A DNA stretch of 63,195 bases, the filler included, from Syncephalis fuscata S228 (lineage: Eukaryota; Fungi; Zoopagomycota), in NCBI GenBank assembly GCA_025786725.1. It is 2 parts of 2 records of this genome, joined end to end, with 100 filler letters (N's around TTAATTAATTAA, not from the genome) between each part and the next. Parts side by side here need not be neighbours in the genome. Positions count along the whole stretch, not along the records: positions 31,725 to 63,195 come from JAHLTZ010000085.1; 1 more part is not named here. One strand, 5' to 3'. Each line of letters begins with the position of its first letter. The stretch's first letter is position 1. Shown here in pieces: positions 54,120-63,195 of this stretch. The position numbers and the translations under genes are program-made. The notes beneath the pieces are model-generated. The model did no database searches, had not been told where the DNA came from, and was given only the letters and a program-made list of their open reading frames with translations.

Positions 54120-55579
54120 ATGCATTTTGATATACCTCCACCATTTGCGCCAGGATGTGACTGGGCCGTCAATCTAACTGATTGCGAAAATGAGCTGTGG
54201 CACCACGGACTAGGCTATGCCGCTATTGCCATTCATTTGGCTGTAACAATGCTGGGTGGCTTTGTTCTTTGGAGGCGTCGATATTTCTGGCGACGAAGCC
54301 ATCAACACGATACACCTACCAATGTATCACATCGCTATATAGCACGACCTGTCGATGGCATGGTCGCTTGCTTTTCTGCGTTCCTTATGACGCGCACAAT
54401 CTATATTCTTATTTGTCTGTTAGATGTTGCACCGAAATTAGCAATAAGAGAGCCACTTTCTAGCCTATCGTTTGTTTGTGGCTATTTCGGCACGTTGCTA
54501 TTCACAGCCGGAGTAATTGAAACAGTATCACCTGTACTGGCCAACCTACAGGAAACTCGCTGGCAAGCCCCGCCGTACCAAATGGTTCTTGGTGGACTTG
54601 GCGTTTTAGCAACGACCGTACCGCCTATTACAAGCGCTACAGCGTGGCTGGCCGGCCAATACGGTGATCGTGGCGAATGGTCACGCTACATATTTTGGAA
54701 TCAAATTACGTGGTTTATTTGGTCTTTTGTTATGTTACTTATTGCAGTTGTAAGTGCTTGTTATTTTGGTGCATTGGCATCGTTGCTACGACAGCAAGAA
54801 TATCTATTTCAGCAATCAACTTCAGCTCAAGCTATTACGGCCAACCATACAACACCTATACCTACTGCAGCAATGATTAAATCGACAGGGTGTTATATAA
54901 ATAAGCCAAGGTCATCCTCAATGTCGTCATGCACCATCAACTATCATAGCAATGCTATGGTGGCACGAGCTCGGACAATCCGTCAATTAAAACGCACGCT
55001 GCTTTTAGAATTAATACTAGTTGCTACCACAGCGGTTTCTGCCAGCATTGGTGCTTTCACCAAAAGAAAGATATTATCCAATGAAGCGGCCAGTGGCATT
55101 CTTGAAATTTATACGCTAGTACTTTGTTGGCCATGCTTTATTATGGCGATTTTCAGTCGTATCATGCTTCATCCACAATAGAATCAAATAGAAGTAGAGC
55201 CATTGAAACGGCTGTTACTTATTCTATTCATACGCGGCCTAGCATGGCACGTGAAACCAATGAATACAACAACGCAGCAGCCAGTGCCAGCCGATCGCAA
55301 CTTGTATCAAAAACATCGCGGTCATCACTCAGGTCTACTACTCGGCCGTTAGTATCGCGTGGCCGCTCACCAACAAATCTTACGGAGCTTGTGGAAATAT
55401 CCAGTCTAGATTCAACTGGTGCTTACTTTATGGCCCATTCTTTATCCGAACATAACGCCTCAGCCATGTCTAATGCAGTTTCAGTATTAAGCTATCATAA
55501 CGAATATTCTTTAGAACCATTGGTCAATATGGTTCACCAACAAATTCTTCTTATAACAAATGAACAACCAACAAAATAG
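54120..55579 (+). CDS. Multi-pass (about 7TM) receptor-like membrane protein; frameshift near 55165
   Basis: About 7 hydrophobic segments and an N-terminal CDWAVNLTDC. A Ser-rich tail continues in an overlapping frame to 55579. Confidence 0.7.
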
Positions 55580-55867
55580 ATGTGTTATTGTTTGTACAAT
55601 GGTTGCCTTCATCGTTGCGTTTTATTAAGTAAAATTTAACTTGAAATATTTAGCATATAATTATTACAGACGTATTGTTTTTATTTATATCATTTATACG
55701 CTGTTGAGAATGTTTTGTTAATCATTGTACTTAAACAGTGATGATCAATATAAAACATTACTACTATGCAACAGTTTAATGGTTTTGGTAATGACTAGTC
55801 TATCCATAGTCTTTCTATATATAGTACTTCATTTAGCCATTTTATTATATGATAATATTATTATATT

Positions 55868-56725
55868 TATTTAATTATATTGTTTTCTGGCGGTCAAACG
55901 ACTGTATTTAGTAATATTAATCTATTAAACATGATGGCGGGTGAATGACATCAGCTATCAAATACTCATCATCGTAGATTCATTATCCAGTATGCATATA
56001 TCCACCATTTACTTGTATCCTTTATCCGCCTATATAATTATCGCTGTAAATTTATACTATTATATATAGTTTTATGCTATATTGAATACATTGTTTGCTA
56101 TAAATTCAAGTACATATAAACTGATGGACGAATGACTGACACTAGTTGAAACATTAATAACTGAGCTAGAACCAAACAGACAACAGCTACAGACAGCGCA
56201 TGTTCAATATATAATAAAATAATATGCAATATAACGAAGATACAATATTGAACGGCGATTAGCTCTGTTAAGCTATTGAGCATATATGCATGATCAATGA
56301 GCGGAACTAGTCAACATTTATAAATAATAAAGCTAGAACAAAATAAAAGCAGTTTGGATAGAGGAAGGTTAGATAATTATTGAATGGCATATAAAACGCT
56401 GTTGAAGTTATAGTGCGTATAATGTAATAAGTGAGGCGAGTGTAGTGCGTTGGAGTATATAATAAACGGAATGTGTCTAGTATATTGTAGAATGGTATAT
56501 GGCGGTGTGGAATAGTATAGAAATGATATAGGTGAATAGAGGATATATGTATACTGAATATATGTATACTGGATAATGAATCTACAATGATGAGTATTTG
56601 ATGATTAATGTCACTCACCACCCACCATCAGTTCAATCAACTGAATGCTATTAAATGTAATCATTTGCCGCTAAATCACAATAAATGTGATGATGTGATG
56701 ATTAAATAAAACTCACCACTTGTTC
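55868..56725. repeat. Left arm of ~860-bp inverted repeat pair 2 (MITE B-related core 55922-56638)
   Basis: Reverse complement of 61674-62532. Confidence 0.95.
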
Positions 56726-56854
56726 CATGTTCAATAGATTGAATGTACAGTTCAATTGCGCGAATGTTATTAAATATAGTTATTGCATTTTAATAAATAG
56801 TTATTGATTGTTTTAATTGCGTTATATTTATTATATTTGGGCCTATGTGTCTGT

Positions 56855-57912
56855 TTATACGGCGGTAGCTTGATGTATACTATGGCACGGACTGGAAAAC
56901 ATTTCAGAAGCACCAGTTTTTGTAGCAGCGGCATGTGAAGTAGCACGGTGCACACGGACTTGTGAACTTTGGAAGATATTATAATATAATATCCATTGAA
57001 TGCCCGGGAAAAATACGCCATAGCGTATAACGGAAAAGGTAACATTCCACCATAGAATTCGGCTGATTTGTTCGGATAATACATCGCTTAGCACGGCAAT
57101 GTGCAACCAAGAATGCAGGCTGCAATAACAGCTAGAAACATGTTTCGAAAGCGACGAGCTGCATCAATTTCAGCGCCATTTACTAATCCTTGGCTGGAAG
57201 AGCGCTCAACGTGGCTGCAAAGGATTTTGTAAAAGCCATAACTGTAATAGCCATTGACAATGAACATGATAAGAATGCTAATGGCAAGTGTAAACGCTAC
57301 GCCTTTATGTGCGTTTTTTGCTACGGCGGCCAGCCCGTGTTCCTCGCCCCATCCGACAATTGCGCTTGTACAAAAGCCTAATAGCAAAATAAGAGTGCAG
57401 AACACAACAGTGGTCCAATAAACTACTCGTGTTGATGGTACAAATAGCTTGCATGGTCCCCCACATGTGACGGCTATTTTTGATTTGGACCAACTTGTGC
57501 GTGTAAACACAGGCGGGATATGAGCAATGATACCCGAGACAAACAGTGTAACGGCAAATACTAATAAAATCAGCACTGCCATACCAAGAACATTGCGGAA
57601 AACCATACTTTTTGGCCAGTCAAGAAGCACTAGAATGTACATAATACATCTTAGCGCTTCTACTGGACATATAACAACAATAAGTATATCTAGCGGTACA
57701 GGTATCCAGTAGCCATTAACTCGACGAAACAGCTCAGTTAGAATACCATGATGCCAACGATAAAGAATGACTACAAGGCCAAATAAAAAAGTCAAAGATG
57801 ATACAGTAGCACATACGGCTGCTGCATAGGATAGTGGAATGTGACCAGCACAATCATATAGATTGATATGAGGTGTACATAGTACATCGGAAGATGGATA
57901 AAGAGCTTTCAT
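56855..57912 (-). CDS. Paralogous ~7TM membrane protein; frameshift near 57100
   Basis: CTPHINLYDC N-terminus and PVPLDIL correspond to CDWAVNLTDC and RPVDGM in the other copy. The last TM and tail are in the overlapping ORF 57106-56855. Confidence 0.7.
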
Positions 57913-58759
57913 AGTGCAATTCGTTACAAAATAATACGCTACTTAAAGAGCAGTATATTTAATCAGTCATAAAAATAGCAATTTCACGTGTATTCAGTGC
58001 CGTAATAATTGCTATAATCTTTGTAGCTATCGTAAAAAGTAAAAGATTCGTAAATAAAACAAGGCATTAGTCGAAAACTGTGGCGGCAGTTATGTTTAGT
58101 ATTCCCGTGCTTTATGTAAAATTCATATGGCGCTATCACATTATTCTGTTACACACACAGAGGACTGCCATCATTAGTATTTTATTATCTGCGAATAGTC
58201 ATTGTCTATTGATATTATTACCCCATTTCTTTTGAAGTTTGTATTGAAAACTGGTTTATTGCTGCCAATTAACTTAAAACAATATGATGGCATGTTTAAT
58301 TGTCACCTTGGCTCCATCTTATCAATCGGTCCTACCACATAAACGAGGCACCTCGGCAATTATAGCTATCTCTGACCTATTCTCTAATATTAACAGAGTT
58401 TATTCATTGTCGTTATCGTTGCTGCTGTTGTCTGTGGTGTGCAATCTTTAAAGAAAAATTGATAGTATGTTTTCCCTGCACTATTCATAAACTTGGGACT
58501 TTAAAAATAACTAGCTGTAGTGTTACAAAGTCTCAAACGGCCATGTGCTCCACGGGCTTCAAGTTAATTTAAACTTTATTGGTGTATAATATCAATTGCA
58601 ATAAAATCATCTGATTAATACCAATGGTAAATACGTGGATTCTTTTTCTATTTGGTATCTTTCTATTTGTTATTAGTTTATTTAGATAATCATTCCTTGC
58701 TTAAGGCCAGCTGCAAACCGGACCAGCAAAGTGAATACTTTTTTGCTTTTTCCGTAAAA

Positions 58760-61445
58760 ATGAGCTGGACTTCAACCTTGGCGCTGCGTTGCGAGCCGAA
58801 CAAAGGCGTACGTCCAGTTGTTGGCTTGCGGTTGACTGAGGAGACACTCGCCGCATTGCGCCGCGGTGACTCCTGTACCGTGGTGTTTGAACAGGTAAAA
58901 CCAATTTATACCGGGTAGCTAGAAATCTATAAACTGACCGGTTATACAGGGCGAGCCTTTTCTACATATTGGTGAGGCCACATTCCGGCTAGATCGCCGC
59001 GTTCTAGCTGGGGATCGCGAAGTGCGTGAGGTTTATCGTAAAGTGCCCGGCGATACCTCGGCGCTCCAGCTGCTAGGAACGCAGCGACAAGTATATGCAG
59101 TTACCGGCCGATCGATGTCGGGATCGTCGGCGCTGCCAGCTGCCGCGAAACAGCCAGCGCAGCCATTCCGAACGCAGCGTGCTGTCGATACGGAGTCAGC
59201 CATACGACGGTAAGGTGGATTATAGTATCAAGTATTATGATACTGATAGGGTGTATGCATAAATAACAATTAGTGCACCGTCTGTATCGCAGCTTGATAG
59301 TCGGCGACATCGGCACCAGCCTCCTGCCGCGGTTAGCATGCAGGCGCTGACACCTCAGCAAATTGCGGCCCGTGCGGCTAATACAGCACGATCACCAGCA
59401 AAACTGGCCGGCGGTAATGCTGGATCGTCGGCTTATGGTGTAGATTCACCTGCTGCACAGGCTGCTGCACTTGCAGCGGTAGCCGCCAATCAAACTACGT
59501 CTGCGCCAAAACGACACGGTATGCCGCTACGTGCACGTCTGTTGAAACTATTAGCTATGGGTCCTATTGACATTGGCACACTACAAACACGAATGGCCCA
59601 GAGACCAGAAGCATTAACGGCTGATCTTTCACGGGTAATATTATGACTTAATATGCTAATTAATTGGTGTCTAATTATCATGATACATAGCTATCTGACA
59701 GACAAGGCTCAATCTACTATTTAAAGCCAGAGTGTTATCAAGATGTACAGATTTATGAATGGGATTATACGGACGAGGAACGGGCCATGGTTATTTCGCT
59801 AGCACAGCAAGCATTTGATAAACTTGGCTTATCAGAAGATGCACGGGAGCGTGTTATGCTTTTAGCACCAGAGACACGTCCAGCTGGTTGGGATCACAAA
59901 GGCACATTAAAAGAGCGAGTAATACATGCTTTAGCGCTAAAGCCCATGGAATTTAAACAAGCACAGGAACGAGCTGGTGCAACAGAAGACGACAGCTTTC
60001 GAGAGACATTACGTCAAGTAAGTAGAGCTAAATTGTGCATTAACTGGTATTTATTTATTTATGTTTAGGTGGGCCGCTTTACCAACAATGCTTGGGTACT
60101 ACAAGATGCTAGCTATAGCGAAATACAGGTAGATACATGGCCTGGCTGGACAGAAGATGAACGAAAGAAGGTTGCATCGACAATGCGATCAGTCTTGAAT
60201 GTACAGGACTTTCAGAAGCTGATCCAGCATGGAGTAGATTAGCTAACTATCCATCTTTACCGTCTCCTGTTTCAACATCAGCCACTACATCGTCTACAGC
60301 TACACCCGGCAGTGATACTCTAGTAATAACAAATGATGCAAAAGCAGCAGCTACAACGATTACTGCAACTACAACGCCGGCAACTAAGAATAAAAATAAT
60401 AGTACATCTGGAGGAAAAAAGGCGCTTCTACTCTTGCTAAATTAACAGCAATGTCCAAGCGACCAGGATCTACAACAGCTACTAGTACAAAAACATCAAC
60501 TACTGCATCTGAAACAGAATCTACTACACAGGAAACGACACCTGTTAAGCCAAAACGTCAACGACAATCCAAAAAAGCTGCCGCCGTCGCAGCAGCAGCA
60601 GCAGCAGCAGATACAGCAGCAACAAAGGCTACAGAACCAACAGAGCCATCTATCCCAAGTCCATGGGCGGCAGTGACACCAGCACCCACAGCCCATTTGG
60701 ATATTGACTCGTCGCTGGTAGAAAAATCAGAAGGTCCAGGTAAATTATCGCTATCTTCAGAAGGCAATGAATCGCTTAAACGATCACTGCCAGCGACAAA
60801 GTCAAAGAAAGCAGATGCTACAGCCTTACTAGCTTCTAGCAGCAGTAAACCATCGATAAAACGAACTCGTTTGCGACGCCTTCTACTACACCAACGACTA
60901 AGGTTGCTTCAGCACGACCAGCTGTTCCAGCTACAACACCAGCTACTCAACCAACAATATCCAATGAAACAACAAGCATTATATCTACCACTAACAGTGC
61001 AGCTACTCCAAGTGCTACAACTACTACCACGGCTATAGCTACTTCAAATGCTACAGCTACCATGGCTGTTCCCACAGTATCGGGTAATAGAGAACCAATG
61101 CATAAGCCTGTAAAATTACCTGAACATCCACCGACTGTCACTACACGATCTGATCTACGACAACTATATCGTCTATTTAAAGACGCTCACAAGGAACATC
61201 TACGTCTTTACCGGCGTCTAACCAGTGATGTTGAGCGATGTGAAATGGCAGAACGTACATGGAAAATGGCTACTGATCGTGCTGTCCAAGAAGAAGCGGC
61301 CCAGGTATTAGAGCAGCTTATGACACGGGCCAGCGGGACAGCATCTCGTCGACGGCAAGAACGCTATGAATTCCTTCGTACCTGGATTCAAGAAGCTAAA
61401 CAAGAGGCACGCCGAGCAGTTGAAGAAAATGGCTGGGACGATTGA
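58760..61445 (+). CDS. ELL: ELL-family RNA polymerase II elongation factor-like
   Basis: VGLRLTEETLAALR N-terminus, LKERVIHALALKP / YSEIQVDTWPGWTEDER, and an occludin/ELL-like C-terminus (VTTRSDLRQLYRLF...RYEFLRTWIQEAK). Four introns; frameshifts in the low-complexity linker. Confidence 0.75.
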
Positions 61446-61673
61446 ATGTAATTTTTGAACTATATAGATTAAAATGATTACAAAGATAATACTCCATTTG
61501 ATTATTGTTTGTTTACATCCGTAAATAAAGCAAATTGCTGTAATATTGGTACTGTGAGTCAATAAGTTTGAAACAATAAAGTCTACTACATTAATATTAA
61601 ACCGCTTATTGATTTTTAGTATAGGTTGGTGTTCAATGACAACATTCAAAAATATTCATTCTAGTAAATATAT

Positions 61674-62532
61674 GAACAAGTGGTGAGTTCTATTTAATCA
61701 TCACATCATCACATTTATTGTGATTTAGCGGCAAATGATTACATTTAATAGCATTCAGTTGATTGAACTGATGGTGGGTGGTGAGTGACATTAATCATCA
61801 AATACTCATCATTGTAGATTCATTATCCAGTATACATATTCAGTATACATATATCCTCTATTCACCTATATCATTTCTATACTATTCCACACCGCCATAT
61901 ACCATTCTACAATATACTAGACACATTCCGTTTATTATATACTCCAACGCACTACACTCGCCTCACTTATTACATTATACGCACTATAACTTCAACAGCG
62001 TTTTATATGCCATTCAATAATTATCTAACCTTCCTCTATCCAAAACTGCTTTTATTTTTGTTCTAGCTTTATTATTTATAAATGTTGACTAGTTCCGCTC
62101 ATTGATCATGCATATATGCTCAATAGCTTTAACAGAGCTAATCGCCGTTCAATATTGTATCTTCGTTATATTGCATATTATTTTATTATATATTGAACAT
62201 GCGCTGTCTGTAGCTGTTGTCTGTTTGGTTCTAGCTCAGTTATTAATGTTTCAACTAGTGTCAGTCATTCGTCCATCAGTTTATATGTACTTGAAATTTA
62301 TAGCAAACAAATGTATTCAATATAGCATAAAACTATATATAATATAAATTTACAGCGATAATTATATAGGCGGATAAAGGATACAAGTAAATGGTGGATA
62401 TATGCATACTGGATAATGAATCTACGATGATGAGTATTTGATAACTGATGTCATTCACCCGCCATCATGTTTAATAGATTAAATATTACTAAATACAGTC
62501 GTTTGACCGCCAGAAAACAATATAATTAAATA
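61674..62532. repeat. Right arm of inverted repeat pair 2
   Basis: Reverse complement of 55868-56725. Confidence 0.95.
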
Positions 62533-62825
62533 GTTTGCAGTAATAATCATGCTTAGCACTAACACTAATGCTAATGCTTAAACATATAATGTCAGTCATA
62601 AGTGCAGTTTAATTCAGTCTATAAACAATATTATGGTGATCGCGACTACAACAACACAGTGCTTCTATAGTAATGTGTAGATGCGACAATTAGTTATCTA
62701 TCGTTGTGTTCTATAGCGTTAAAGGCTATACCGCTCTATAACTAATACTTTTTACTAGAAACTAATTGTGATTTAATATGATTTGATGGTTAAATGACTA
62801 AAATATTAAAAACTACACATTTGTT

Positions 62826-62880
62826 CTATTGAACATGATGATGGATGGTAAGTCATATAGGTCATCAAAGTATATGTATT
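62826..62880. mobile_element. TIR-like end of another diverged MITE B copy
   Basis: CTATTGAACATGATGATGGATGGTAAGT matches the family TIR. Confidence 0.5.
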
Positions 62881-63195
62881 GTAAATGCCGCCCTATCGCT
62901 GCATTTTCACAGTATCGCAATATTAATATTTGCATTGTTTTATTAGCTTTCTACAGTTTCATACAGACTTATTTGACGTTAGCTAGTTTAGCAAGCAATA
63001 AACATAAATGGCCAGCATAATACATACTTTTAAGCAATCAATAAGTTTAGGTATACTTTTATTGTTTGTTTATCTGTGTGTATAGTTCAACAAATGAAAT
63101 GAATCAAGCTTATTGGTAATTGAAATAGAGACAAACGGATAGCAGTTATGAATAGTACTTAACTAGTACAATAAATAATATGGAATAATATGAAT

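Noticed and set aside
60200-61060. Programmed frameshifting in ELL, WDR24 and the 7TM genes
   Set aside because: Single-base indels are also frequent between repeat copies, which points to consensus errors.

Overview
AT-rich, intron-rich eukaryotic DNA. Gene content and short 50-85 nt introns suggest an early-diverging fungus, possibly a Syncephalis-like Zoopagomycota (inference). Two pieces are joined by an artificial 100-nt spacer (N44-TTAATTAATTAA-N44, 31625-31724). The main discovery is missed by the ORF track: a secreted-peptide gene at 4978-6167 (+) with 16 exons, twelve of them only 3 nt long and eleven of those consecutive at about 68-nt spacing, with all introns in phase 1. Spliced together it reads MNFSIATVCTFVVFFVSGVILVDA-MPSRGRGLVRR-DEPQDNLFQHIFNQRD*, i.e. 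signal peptide, Kex2 site and a 16-aa mature peptide written roughly one residue per exon. This is a candidate micro-exon peptide-diversification system. Also present: other secreted Kex2-processed repeat proteins, including a His/Asp-rich one in four copies within a ~19.7-kb palindromic amplicon; a decayed UDP-glycosyltransferase; cyclin; F-box-like, DUF4436-like, RNPS1-like, mitochondrial-type ValRS, WDR24/RTC1-like and ELL-like genes; two 7TM-like paralogs; a tRNA-derived SINE with a 19-bp target-site duplication and its empty site; two MITE-like families; and two gene blocks each bracketed by ~0.9-kb inverted repeats.
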